From Candidatus Cloacimonadota bacterium (GTDB lineage Bacteria > Cloacimonadota > Cloacimonadia > Cloacimonadales > TCS61): 64,000 nt of DNA. Positions 35,215-44,640 of the stretch are shown here, one piece after another; position 1 is the first letter of the stretch, and each line of letters starts with the position of its first letter. The notes below the pieces were generated by a model. That model was given only the letters and a program-made list of their open reading frames with translations. It had not been told where the DNA came from and searched no databases. The stretch is from positions 1,836 through 65,835 of the forward strand of contig JAGGWK010000016.1 of assembly GCA_021157525.1 (NCBI GenBank), written 5' to 3'. The translations under genes were made by a program, and so were the position numbers.

Positions 35215-36009
35215 CTATTGGATGATAATCCGGTATTTCAGGTTGTAGTGACGTTTGCCGATGTAAACAATATTTTCACCCAGAGACAGCTGGATACGGC
35301 GCTCTGTATGTTCATCCAGACCACCTACCGTTACGCCGTTCACGATGTTGCCCATCTCGCTACTGCGATCTACCAGAAAATATTCATTGTAATTGCGCAC
35401 GATAGAAAACTGTGTCTTTGAAATGGTAAAGGGCATTTCCTGGATGAGGTTGAGGTCGTTGCGATAAAAAAGCCCTTCGCCGCGTCCCGGGCAAAAGCGT
35501 CCTACCCGAAAGGGAAATTTGGTAATTTCCATATTATCCACGCCGTCCAGCGTTTGTATCGATTCCGCAGTGTCGGCTACCAGCAACACGGTTCGCTCTT
35601 CATCTACTTCTGAAAGATCGGGTTTTTTGATGCGTGGTTCCAGCTCCGTAAGGCGTATGCCATGGATGCGAATTCGCTCGGCCATGGAGTGGATTATCGG
35701 GCGAAGTCGCTGGCCGATGGGCGAATTGAGGATGCTGTTAAATATCGATGGTTCGATGATTTCCGCCGTTACATTGGTGGTGGCGATCACAGTGGCAAGA
35801 CGGTGCAATCCCAGAATTTGTCCCAATTCCCCAAACACATCTCCCGGTCCCAGAACCGCCAGAACCACTTCCTGATGGTCGGAATTTTTTTTGATGATTT
35901 CTACATTGCCGGAAACGATGTAATAGATGTCGTCACACCCGTTTCCTTCTTGGATAATGGTATCCCCAGCCATGAAATTTACTATTGTCGTCCTGTGTTC
36001 ATTGGTCAT
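35215..36009 (-). CDS. cyclic-nucleotide-binding domain / FHA domain fusion protein
   Basis: The N-terminus reads FMAGDTIIQEGNGCDDIYYIVSGNVEI...GPGDVFGELG (cNMP-binding beta-roll). The C-terminus reads FPFRVGR...FSIVRNYNEYFLVDRSSEMGNIVNG (FHA-type). There is a 4-nt overlap with the upstream Memo-like gene. Confidence 0.75.
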   Translation of the reverse strand: MTNEHRTTIVNFMAGDTIIQEGNGCDDIYYIVSGNVEIIKKNSDHQEVVLAVLGPGDVFGELGQILGLHRLATVIATTNVTAEIIEPSIFNSILNSPIGQRLRPIIHSMAERIRIHGIRLTELEPRIKKPDLSEVDEERTVLLVADTAESIQTLDGVDNMEITKFPFRVGRFCPGRGEGLFYRNDLNLIQEMPFTISKTQFSIVRNYNEYFLVDRSSEMGNIVNGVTVGGLDEHTERRIQLSLGENIVYIGKRHYNLKYRIIIQ

Positions 36010-36842
36010 GCTCTCTCCTCTTTATAAAACATCGTTGCCAGATATCCTACCACTCGGTGAAAATCTCCGGTTACTTTTCCAGAATGGGTGTATTGAAGGG
36101 TCTTTATGCCGTTATAACCACTTTTTTGCGCCAGATGCATCAGGGTGAGTATCCCACCAAATCCACATGCCTCCAATTCCCGCGTCATCATGAAATGCCC
36201 CAGATTACCGATGTCACCATCCTCTATCAGTCGAGCGGTGCGGCCGTCTATCTTCTCTGCCATGGATGCATCATGGTAGTGGGATGCATCAGAGCTGACG
36301 ATGAAGACGGTGTCTTGTAGCCGATTTTGATACTGCTGCCACAGCAGGTTTGCCAATTCCTCACTGTTGCCAGGGGTTTGGTTGCCTAGCAGGATGGGAA
36401 CGATACTGGCCTGTGGACGCAGAATTTGCAGGAAGGGCAATTGAACCTCCAATGCGTGTTCAATTTCATGAACCTGGCGGTTAAACACCGACCCCGGCAT
36501 GGCCAGTAATGCTGCAACGTCAGACCTGTTTACCTGCATCCTACCCAATGGTGTATCGTAAGCGGAAAAATCTCCCACACTCCACGAAAAGCCGGCGCTG
36601 TGGTGACTGGGGGCGATGATAACCGCGGTGGAAAAGTGCTTATTGGCCAGAGCATGATAGCTGTATCCGGCGCAGGGGCCGGAATAGACGTAGCCCGCAT
36701 GAGGGGAAATCACACCCAGAACATCCTCCGTGGGTGAAACAGTGCGAGGACTGGATATGTACGATGTCACCAGTGATGCCAGCTCGGTGGCATCACCGGG
36801 GTAAAATTGCCCTGTATATCGTGATTTGCGTATTTCTTTCAT
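36006..36842 (-). CDS. AmmeMemoRadiSam system protein B (MEMO1 family)
   Basis: GQFYPGD, ISPHAGYVYSGPCAGYSY, IIAPSHH and SSDASHYH (the Memo metal-site motifs). ATG 36842 is preferred over the tracked 36893. Confidence 0.85.
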   Translation of the reverse strand: MKEIRKSRYTGQFYPGDATELASLVTSYISSPRTVSPTEDVLGVISPHAGYVYSGPCAGYSYHALANKHFSTAVIIAPSHHSAGFSWSVGDFSAYDTPLGRMQVNRSDVAALLAMPGSVFNRQVHEIEHALEVQLPFLQILRPQASIVPILLGNQTPGNSEELANLLWQQYQNRLQDTVFIVSSDASHYHDASMAEKIDGRTARLIEDGDIGNLGHFMMTRELEACGFGGILTLMHLAQKSGYNGIKTLQYTHSGKVTGDFHRVVGYLATMFYKEERA

Positions 36843-36977
36843 GGTCACCTCTTTTTTCCACTCCTTTGTATGAATGACCCAGATTAGGGTCAAGCAAAAA
36901 TCCAGTTACAAAGGAGTTGACAGATTGAACCGGGGAAATTTCGTCACAAAAAAATTGATGTGAGTTAATGGCAAAAT

Positions 36978-38687
36978 ATGAAAAAAATAGCAATTACAAC
37001 TGGTGATCCTGCCGGTATCGGCCCCGAAATTTCTACCAAAGCTCTGCGCTTTTACCCTATGCATCCCCGGGTTGCATACATCCTTTATGGCCATTGTACC
37101 CACTACCAGAACGGCCACCATCTGCAAACCATCCGCTCCATAGACGATGTTACTGCCCCCGGGCTGTATCTGATACCTGTTCACGATGATGCCATCGTTC
37201 CCGGTAAGCCATCTGCTCATTCTGGACGCATCGCCCTGGATGTGTTGCAGCGGGTTTCTGCCGACCTGGTTTCTGGTGCTCTGGATGCCGTGGTTACCTG
37301 TCCGGTGAGCAAGCACGAAATCCGCAAAAGTGATCCCGGCTTTATCGGTCATACCGAGTTTTTTGCACAGGCAGCTGGCGTAGATGATGCGGTTATGGCC
37401 TTTTGGAGTGAGAAGATGCAGGTGGCGTTGCTCACCACGCATCTGGGGCTGAAGGATGTCTCGGCTGCTCTGGATGCCAATGCAGTGTTGGCAAAGCTGG
37501 CCATCATCGCCCGATTTGCCACCGTCCAAAAACAAAACCCTCGCATGGCGATGCTGGCCCTCAATCCTCACGCTGGCGAGGAGGGTGCTTTTGGCAACGA
37601 AGATGCCGCATTGGCAGAGATGTTGAAGAATTTTGCCCACACTTCCGGCATCCAGATAGATGGACCCTTTCCCGCCGATACCTTTTTTGCATCCAAGGCA
37701 AAAAACTATGATATGATCATCTCCCCCTATCACGATCAGGGGCTGATACCCTTTAAATCCTTTGTGCAGGACGGCGGTGTGAACACCACTCTGGGACTGC
37801 CTTTTGTGCGCACATCGGTAGATCATGGCACCGCCTTCGACATCGCGGGAAAAGGATGTGCCCGGGAAGGAAGCCTGGAAGCCGCTCTCTTCTGTGCCGA
37901 AAAGCAGTTAGGACTGCAAAAAAAAGAAGCCCCCGCAATTTACAACCATTTTGCCGCCCACTACGACACCTACATGGGGCACGTGCAGTATGCCGGATGG
38001 ATAGATCTGGTGCTGGAACAATATTACCGGCGTCACGGCAAAAACCCGGGACGGGTGTTGGAATTGGCCTGCGGAACAGCGAATATTGCCTGCGAGCTGG
38101 TGAAACGGGGAATGAGGGTTGATGCTTCGGATTATGCACCGGCCATGCTGAAAATCGCCGCAGAAAAACCCTTCGCTCCCATCCTGAAATGTGCCGATAT
38201 GACGGCGCCATTACCACAAAATACTTACGATCTCATCCTCTGTCTCTTCGATAGTATAAACTACCTGCTGAATACCGCCGATGTGGCGCAACTCTTTACC
38301 AGCACCGCTCAAGGCCTCACTTCAGGCGGGCTCTTCATCTTCGATATCTCCACCATTCACAACTGCGAAGAGAATTTTGACGGCTACGTGAACATAGAAG
38401 ATACCTTGGACGAATACCTGATTCACACCAGCGAATATGATCCTGAAGAACGCCTCCAGCAATCACAGTTCACCTTCTTCCGCAATACCGGCTTCGGTTT
38501 CCAGCGCTACGACGAGATTCATCAACAAAAAATCTACACCGTGGTAGAGGTGATGGCTCTGCTGGAAATCTCCCCTCTCAAGCTCCTGGGTATTTACGGG
38601 CCGGACCAGCAAAACCTCAAACGTCACGTGGATATGGGATTGGATGAAATCCATGGTCGCCTCTTCTTCGTCTGTGCCAAAGCCTGA
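36978..38687 (+). CDS. pdxA: fusion protein: PdxA-family NAD-dependent 4-hydroxythreonine-4-phosphate dehydrogenase (aa ~1-318) plus a class I SAM-dependent methyltransferase (aa ~325-569)
   Basis: PdxA motifs: IAITTGDPAGIGPEI, GHTEFF, NPHAGEEGAFG, YHDQGLIPFK and RTSVDHGTAFDIAGKG. After these comes VLELACGTANIACELVKRGMRVDASDYAPAML (SAM motif I / post-I). It is a single uninterrupted 569-codon frame. Confidence 0.8.
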   Translation: MKKIAITTGDPAGIGPEISTKALRFYPMHPRVAYILYGHCTHYQNGHHLQTIRSIDDVTAPGLYLIPVHDDAIVPGKPSAHSGRIALDVLQRVSADLVSGALDAVVTCPVSKHEIRKSDPGFIGHTEFFAQAAGVDDAVMAFWSEKMQVALLTTHLGLKDVSAALDANAVLAKLAIIARFATVQKQNPRMAMLALNPHAGEEGAFGNEDAALAEMLKNFAHTSGIQIDGPFPADTFFASKAKNYDMIISPYHDQGLIPFKSFVQDGGVNTTLGLPFVRTSVDHGTAFDIAGKGCAREGSLEAALFCAEKQLGLQKKEAPAIYNHFAAHYDTYMGHVQYAGWIDLVLEQYYRRHGKNPGRVLELACGTANIACELVKRGMRVDASDYAPAMLKIAAEKPFAPILKCADMTAPLPQNTYDLILCLFDSINYLLNTADVAQLFTSTAQGLTSGGLFIFDISTIHNCEENFDGYVNIEDTLDEYLIHTSEYDPEERLQQSQFTFFRNTGFGFQRYDEIHQQKIYTVVEVMALLEISPLKLLGIYGPDQQNLKRHVDMGLDEIHGRLFFVCAKA

Positions 38688-39291
38688 TCTCTGGCAAAAA
38701 CAGGTCGTCGACTTCGGTGCATCGGAGGTGTGCGGTGTAGATGAAGCAGGCCGCGGACCATTGGCCGGGCCGGTGGTGGTGGTTGCTGTCATCCTGGATG
38801 CAAACCGCCCCATAGCCGGGCTGGATGACTCCAAAAAAATTTCCGCATCAAAGCGGGAAGCACTTTATTCCCAGATCGTTGCCGCTGCAACAGCTTACAA
38901 TATTCAACGGATTTCTCCTCGGATAATCGATGAGATAAACATTTTGCAGGCGACCCTTCGTGGCATGCAACAGGCTGCGCTGGCTATCGTCACTTCGGCT
39001 TCCACCATCCTGATAGACGGAAACCGCGTGCCCAAAGAACTGTTTGGCCGCGCCCGGGCCGTGGTGAAGGGTGATGGGAAATACGCCGCCATCGCTGCGG
39101 CATCCATCTTGGCAAAAGTCACTCGCGACCGCATCATGGAAGAATATGATGCAATTTACCCGGGATATGGTTTTGCCCAAAACAAAGGCTATCCCACCAA
39201 ACAGCATTTGGCTGCCATCTGCAACCTGGGCATCACGCCGATACACCGCAAAACCTACAAACCTGTCCAACAGCTTACACTGGATTTTTAA
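38644..39291 (+). CDS. rnhB: ribonuclease HII
   Basis: CGVDEAGRGPLAGPVV, DSKK, IDGN and ASILAKVTRD. The true start is uncertain (ATG 38644 or 38653). The ORF overlaps the preceding gene by up to 44 nt. Confidence 0.85.
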   Translation: MKSMVASSSSVPKPDLWQKQVVDFGASEVCGVDEAGRGPLAGPVVVVAVILDANRPIAGLDDSKKISASKREALYSQIVAAATAYNIQRISPRIIDEINILQATLRGMQQAALAIVTSASTILIDGNRVPKELFGRARAVVKGDGKYAAIAAASILAKVTRDRIMEEYDAIYPGYGFAQNKGYPTKQHLAAICNLGITPIHRKTYKPVQQLTLDF

Positions 39292-39293
39292 CG

Positions 39294-39323
39294 CAAAAAA
39301 AGAGGGAGATAAAAATCTCCCTC
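39294..39323. terminator. hairpin terminator between convergent rnhB and the lipoprotein gene (better on the minus strand)
   Basis: AAAAAAA-GAGGGAGAT-aaaa-ATCTCCCTC. On the minus strand the stem is followed by a T-run. Confidence 0.7.
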
Positions 39324-39341
39324 ATTTACGAAAGCGGTCTC

Positions 39342-39992
39342 TTACTTGTTTGTGTGCTCGATGCGACCTTCGTTCCGAGTCTGATTGGTTGTGCTGCTTG
39401 GCTTTTCGCCACCGGCAGCATGATCGGCTTTTTTGAATCCGGTGTATTTAAAGATAGTTGTTTCATCAACGCTAATCCAGTTTTCATAGGATTCAAAGAC
39501 ATCGCCCCAGTCATCTACCAGCTGGACATCCCAGTAACCTTCTGAGACTTTCCAGTCATCGGTTTCACCGGGATCGATGGAAGTATAAGGAATGAGGTTG
39601 TCACCCCAGATAGAGGAGGAACTGGGAGAGAGATAGAGCTCTTCGATGTAGAAACTTGAACTGTTATTCCAGATACTGGCTATACCTGCATCTGGATAGA
39701 TTCTCAGTTTTTTGGTTTTGCCAGCTTCTACAGTAACGGTTGTATCATCAGAAAATACGTAGTCCCCGGTGTAGTTTACATCAATGTCTTTTTCTTCGTT
39801 TCCAAAGATGCTGGATGCGAGGGACCAGGATTTGGTGAAATACTCGCTATAGTCCAGTTCGATCTCTTCCCCGTTGTTCAGAGTAAAGCTAACGTAGCTG
39901 GATGTTTCGTTGTACACTTTCAGGTCGCCATCTTGTGAGCAACCTACCATTACCAACGCAACTGCGAAAAGTAATACCCATGTTTTTTTCAT
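39342..39992 (-). CDS. hypothetical lipoprotein (paralog family with 39989..40909)
   Basis: Lipobox LVMVGCSQ. The shared C-terminal module is DAGIASIWNNSSSFYIEELYLSPSSSSIWGDN...YWDVQLVDDWG. Confidence 0.65.
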   Translation of the reverse strand: MKKTWVLLFAVALVMVGCSQDGDLKVYNETSSYVSFTLNNGEEIELDYSEYFTKSWSLASSIFGNEEKDIDVNYTGDYVFSDDTTVTVEAGKTKKLRIYPDAGIASIWNNSSSFYIEELYLSPSSSSIWGDNLIPYTSIDPGETDDWKVSEGYWDVQLVDDWGDVFESYENWISVDETTIFKYTGFKKADHAAGGEKPSSTTNQTRNEGRIEHTNK

Positions 39993-40909
39993 AATTCCTC
40001 CGTTTTTTTTATCCCCGCTTGGGGGCTTTTTGTTTCTACATTGTAGATGTTTTTTCCCTCTGGATGCCGGTGCTGTTTTGCCAATGCAAAATCTGAGTAT
40101 TGCAGCTCCAGAGTCTGGTCTGTCACTATCATCTGTTCGTACAAAACCAGCTCGGTGCTGTTTTCATCCACCAGCAGGATGTCCCAGAAATTTTGTGATA
40201 GCGTCCACAGGCAGGATTCCAGCTGTTCCATGGGAACCGCAAGTTGGTTAGACCCCCAATAGAGACTGTCTGATGGTGCAAGATACACCTCTATGATATC
40301 GATGTCGGCAGAGTTATTGTATATCGAGAGTGCGCCAGCATCTGCCTCTAGAATAAAATCTTCTACTATGCCCGGTGCGATGGTAAGTATCTCGTCATCG
40401 GAAAAGATATGATCTCCCCGGTAAGAGATGGTAATAGGTTGTGGCCCTGTGAGATCAGAAAAGGAAAACCCTGTGGATTCGTCGGCGTGAAGGAGAGTGA
40501 AGTTTTGGCCATCCAGCCAGAACCAGGCGTCTGCAGAAGTGTCATTTTCCACTATCAGATGATATTGCTGGGTTCCTATGGCATAATACTTGATCTCCCC
40601 AGGCTCGATCTGCAAATAGACTGTCACCGGACTTTCACCGGCAAAATAATAGGTAAGCACCACTTCGCCATTGCCCTGAGAAAAAAGATTACTGTCCAGA
40701 TCCCAGAAAAAAGTGGTTTCTTCCAATCCCTGAAGGGTGTACTCCGGCAATGGAGCTGTGCTTGCATCATCTAGAGTAAAAAAGACGGTGTATGTGCTTT
40801 GGTTGCTGACGGTAAGTTCTGCTCCGGTTCCTCCATTGGCAGTGGTGTCCGATATGCGGCATCCCATCATCAACAGAAACAAAAATACCGGTAAAAAGAG
40901 ACGTCTCAT
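39989..40909 (-). CDS. hypothetical lipoprotein (larger paralog)
   Basis: Lipobox LLMMGCRI after ATG 40909 (AGGAG upstream). The shared module is DAGALSIYNNSADIDIIEVYLAPSDSLYWGSN...FWDILLVDENS. Confidence 0.65.
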   Translation of the reverse strand: MRRLFLPVFLFLLMMGCRISDTTANGGTGAELTVSNQSTYTVFFTLDDASTAPLPEYTLQGLEETTFFWDLDSNLFSQGNGEVVLTYYFAGESPVTVYLQIEPGEIKYYAIGTQQYHLIVENDTSADAWFWLDGQNFTLLHADESTGFSFSDLTGPQPITISYRGDHIFSDDEILTIAPGIVEDFILEADAGALSIYNNSADIDIIEVYLAPSDSLYWGSNQLAVPMEQLESCLWTLSQNFWDILLVDENSTELVLYEQMIVTDQTLELQYSDFALAKQHRHPEGKNIYNVETKSPQAGIKKTEEL

Positions 40910-41144
40910 TCTGTACTCCTGATGTTCATTTTTTTTATGTGCCAAATATGGAAAACTGCCTCCGGTTATGCAAGGGATATTTTATCCCCGGGACAAAATA
41001 CTCCTCAGCCTTAGGGTTTCTGAAGACTGAGCGCTGAACTATTTAACAGCGCAGATTATTTTAAATCTTGACATCAAAAGATTAGATTTTTGTTTTAGCA
41101 AAGTTTTTGACCTTTTGTTCGGGGTCTTTGATATTGGGAGTAGT

Positions 41145-43343
41145 ATGAAGAAATTAAATCTGTGTTTACTTTTTTTGATGGCCTCGCTTCTGGCCTTTCC
41201 CAAAATCTCGCTTTCAAGCGTTCACAGCCTGTTGCCTACATCAACGGATCTCACCGATGCTCCGAAGGCGGATTTTTTCAGCCAGAGCAGTATCATCATC
41301 TGGGGTGGTTCCTCAGCCGATGAAGATGAAAATGAGATCAATGAAATGATCGCCACGGATGTGGTGGCCTTTCGCATCGATCGGTGGCTGCATCATCCCG
41401 AATCTGTGTCAGATGTGTTGGCAGATACCGATATCAAGGCGGAAAATCTCACCAGCCAGAACCTCATCCTGGTGGGCACTCCCGCATCAAACCAGGTACT
41501 GAACGCCATCTTACCCTATCTTCCTTTCAGTTTGGATGCACAAAAACTTTCCCTGGGAGGTCTCTCCTGGGAAGGCGATGAAGTGGGTATCACCCTGCGC
41601 TACCCCAATCCCTTTAATCCAGCGTATCAGGTTCTGGTGATTTCTGCACCCAGCTACGAAGCTTTGCGCTACATCCCAAAACCCTTCGATTATTGCGTGT
41701 ATCAGCTCACCGACTACAATCCCATGGCCGACCGCTTTATGGAAATTGCGCTGGGAAATTTTACCGCATCCTGGAGCCTGGATGCAGTGGCTCTGGTGGA
41801 TAACGAAGAAATCGACAGCGGCGAAAATGATATTCCCGATTATACACCTCCAGCCAGTTTCCCGCCACCATCCTGGGCAAAAAACGGCGTGATGTACGAG
41901 ATCTTTGTGCGCAGTTTTGCCGACAGCAATAACGACGGCATCGGAGACTTGCAGGGTCTCATCGGCAAACTGGATTATCTCAATGACGGCGACCCGGCTA
42001 CCACTACCGATCTTGGCATCTCTGTCATCTGGCTGATGCCGATCTTCGATTCTCCCAGCTATCACGGTTACGATGTACGGGACTATTACCACATCAATCC
42101 CGATTATGGTACTAACGAAGATTTTCAGGAATTACTCCGCCGGGCTCACGCCCGGGGTATCCGCATTATCACCGATATGGTGCTCAATCATGCATCAAAC
42201 CAGCATCCCTTCTTTTTGGATGCCTACGGCAACCCCCAATCAGATTATGACGACTGGTTTTTCTTTACAAACGTATCAAACACCCGGGCACACAACTGGC
42301 AATTCCGGCACCGTCCCGGTGATCGCGCACAGCTGAATCCCTTTATGCCTGCCTGGAATGTGAATAATCCAGCCGTCCAGAAGTGGTTATTTACCATGTG
42401 TAAATACTGGATTGACCCCAATGGAGACGGGGACTTTTCCGACGGTATAGACGGTTTTCGCTGCGATTATGTAAAGGGCCCGCCTCACAGCTTTTGGAAG
42501 AAATTCCGTTATGAAATGAAATCTCTGAATCCTGAGCTTTTGCTGCTGGCAGAAGATTGGGAAGGCATGAGCTCCATTGCCCAGAGCTTTGATGACGAAT
42601 TTGATATGGCTTTTGATTTTCCCTTTCAAGGCAGCGTGATGGAGCTGATCTCCAGCGGGAATGCCGCTGTGCTTACGCGGCTGCTTAAGGAAGAGCAAAG
42701 CCTTCTGCCGCCTCAGGCAATGATGAATCGCTTCATAAACAATCACGACATGAATCGTATTTTTACGCGGCTCAGCGAAGATGAAGGGAAACTGAGCCTG
42801 GCGCTGTTACTCACGATGCCCGACATGCCTATGCTCTATTATGGCGATGAGCTGGGTATGCGCGGGAAAAAAGATCCCTATGACGAAGGGATTCGGCGAC
42901 CCATGGAGTGGTGCGCAGACAACGCATCTCCTCAGATGACTTCTTGGTACCCGGTGTGGGATGCATCGCCGGATGGCATCTCGGTGGAAGAGGAGACCGA
43001 TGACCCGGCATCCATCCTCAGCTATACCCGGGCACTCATCGCATTACGCAGGATGCATCCAGCTATGGAAACAGGTGACCTTACCCTGATTCCTACTTAT
43101 ATTTCTGGTGATGAAGGAGTGGAGGGAAGTCGGCATTCTCTTTGTTACCTGCTGGAAAATGGTGAAGAAACCATCGTTGTTGTGGCCAATCTGGCTACTG
43201 CTCAAAAAGTTCTGATAGGTCAGGAAAACCTTCCGCATCCATTGCAGCCGCTCCTGGGAAGTGGCACGTTAATTCCGGATGGGGAATATTATAAACTTGC
43301 CTGCGAGGCAAAAAAACTCTATGTTTTTCAATATGCAAATTAG
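41145..43343 (+). CDS. secreted GH13 alpha-amylase-family glycosidase with an N-terminal extension of ~230 aa
   Basis: GH13 regions I-IV: DMVLNHAS, GFRCDYVKG, LLAEDW and FINNHDM. It also has YEIFVRSFADSNNDGIGDL. ATG 41145 gives a signal peptide. Confidence 0.85.
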   Translation: MKKLNLCLLFLMASLLAFPKISLSSVHSLLPTSTDLTDAPKADFFSQSSIIIWGGSSADEDENEINEMIATDVVAFRIDRWLHHPESVSDVLADTDIKAENLTSQNLILVGTPASNQVLNAILPYLPFSLDAQKLSLGGLSWEGDEVGITLRYPNPFNPAYQVLVISAPSYEALRYIPKPFDYCVYQLTDYNPMADRFMEIALGNFTASWSLDAVALVDNEEIDSGENDIPDYTPPASFPPPSWAKNGVMYEIFVRSFADSNNDGIGDLQGLIGKLDYLNDGDPATTTDLGISVIWLMPIFDSPSYHGYDVRDYYHINPDYGTNEDFQELLRRAHARGIRIITDMVLNHASNQHPFFLDAYGNPQSDYDDWFFFTNVSNTRAHNWQFRHRPGDRAQLNPFMPAWNVNNPAVQKWLFTMCKYWIDPNGDGDFSDGIDGFRCDYVKGPPHSFWKKFRYEMKSLNPELLLLAEDWEGMSSIAQSFDDEFDMAFDFPFQGSVMELISSGNAAVLTRLLKEEQSLLPPQAMMNRFINNHDMNRIFTRLSEDEGKLSLALLLTMPDMPMLYYGDELGMRGKKDPYDEGIRRPMEWCADNASPQMTSWYPVWDASPDGISVEEETDDPASILSYTRALIALRRMHPAMETGDLTLIPTYISGDEGVEGSRHSLCYLLENGEETIVVVANLATAQKVLIGQENLPHPLQPLLGSGTLIPDGEYYKLACEAKKLYVFQYAN

Positions 43344-43352
43344 GAGGATTAC

Positions 43353-44546
43353 ATGAAAAGAGTTTTTATCTTTGGTTTTTTATTACTCTCGATTTTTGCC
43401 TGGAGTCAAACCCAGATAATCTTGTGGCATTCATATAGGGGTGACGAGAAAGCCGCACTAAAAGAGGTGGTAGAAGCTTTTAACGCTTCCCATACAGATA
43501 TCCAGATAAAAGCTCTGGGAATACCCTATGATGCCTTTGCCGATAAAATTACCGCTGCCATTCCACGGGGTAAAGGTCCGGACATCTTTATTTATGCTCA
43601 TGACCGCATTGGCGGCTGGGCAGAAGCTGGCATTATCGACCCTATCAGTTTTTTCCTGGAAGAAAATACTGAGGAGCAATTTGTGGAAGGCTCCTGGGAA
43701 CCCATGATCTATGACGGTGAAGTGTATGGACTGCCCATGTCCCTCAAATCCATCATTCTTTTTTATAATCCAAACATCATAAAAACGCCACCAAAAACCA
43801 CCGATGAAATGATAGCCATGGCTAAAGCCCATACCAATGCCGAAACTGGGGAGTACGGCCTGGTGTACGAGATCGCAAACTTCTATTATCACGCTTGCTG
43901 GTTGCAGGGTTTTGGTGGCAGAGTGTTCGATGACAACAATCAACCAGTCCTCAATTCTCCGGAAAACATCCGCTCCTTCCAGTTTGCCCGTGATCTTTAT
44001 GCCAAAGAGAAGATCGTTCCCCCGGAAGTTTCAAATGTGCTGGTAACTACCCTTTTCAACGAAGGTAAAGCCGGGATGGTCATCAGTGGGCCATGGTTCC
44101 GCGGCGAGATAAATGATGTGCCGTACGAAATTGCTCTGTTGCCGGAGATCAGCGAAGTGGGCAAACCAGCGATACCCTTCATGAGTACAGAAGGAGTGAT
44201 GATGTCGGCAAAATCAAAAAACAAAGATGCTGCCTACGTTGCCATGGAATTTCTGGTACAGGAAAAGGCTGCTACCATCATGGCACTGAAGGGCAAACAA
44301 CCGGTTGCACTGAAAAAAGTGTATGACAATCCGGCCGTAAAGAACGACAAATATCTGCCAAAGTTCCGTGCCCAAATTGCCAAATCGAGACCCATGCCCA
44401 GCATTCCGCAGATGACCTCGGTGTGGTCTCCTGCATCTACGGCTATCGCAGCGGCGGTAAACGGCAATAAAACACCGGAAGAAGCCCTTAATGAAGCCCA
44501 GCGTAAAGTGGTGGACGCATTGAGCAAGGCGGGATACAAAAAATAG
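43353..44546 (+). CDS. maltose/maltodextrin-type ABC transporter substrate-binding protein (MalE-like)
   Basis: The pattern ILWHSYRGDEKAALKEVVEAFN...GKGPDIFIYAHDRIGGWAEAG is MalE-like, and it has a signal peptide. Confidence 0.8.
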   Translation: MKRVFIFGFLLLSIFAWSQTQIILWHSYRGDEKAALKEVVEAFNASHTDIQIKALGIPYDAFADKITAAIPRGKGPDIFIYAHDRIGGWAEAGIIDPISFFLEENTEEQFVEGSWEPMIYDGEVYGLPMSLKSIILFYNPNIIKTPPKTTDEMIAMAKAHTNAETGEYGLVYEIANFYYHACWLQGFGGRVFDDNNQPVLNSPENIRSFQFARDLYAKEKIVPPEVSNVLVTTLFNEGKAGMVISGPWFRGEINDVPYEIALLPEISEVGKPAIPFMSTEGVMMSAKSKNKDAAYVAMEFLVQEKAATIMALKGKQPVALKKVYDNPAVKNDKYLPKFRAQIAKSRPMPSIPQMTSVWSPASTAIAAAVNGNKTPEEALNEAQRKVVDALSKAGYKK

Positions 44547-44640
44547 AAGTACTGTCATTTTAGTTTGAGCGATGTAAAACGGAATATCGCCCTGAATATA
44601 GATCATTATCAGATTCGCTTTTGTAAATAAAAGAGGGACC

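Noticed and set aside
36906-37826. 306-aa minus-strand ORF
   Set aside because: It is antisense to the well-supported PdxA fusion gene. Its composition is low-complexity and Gly/His/Gln-rich, with no motifs and no RBS. It is a typical shadow ORF.
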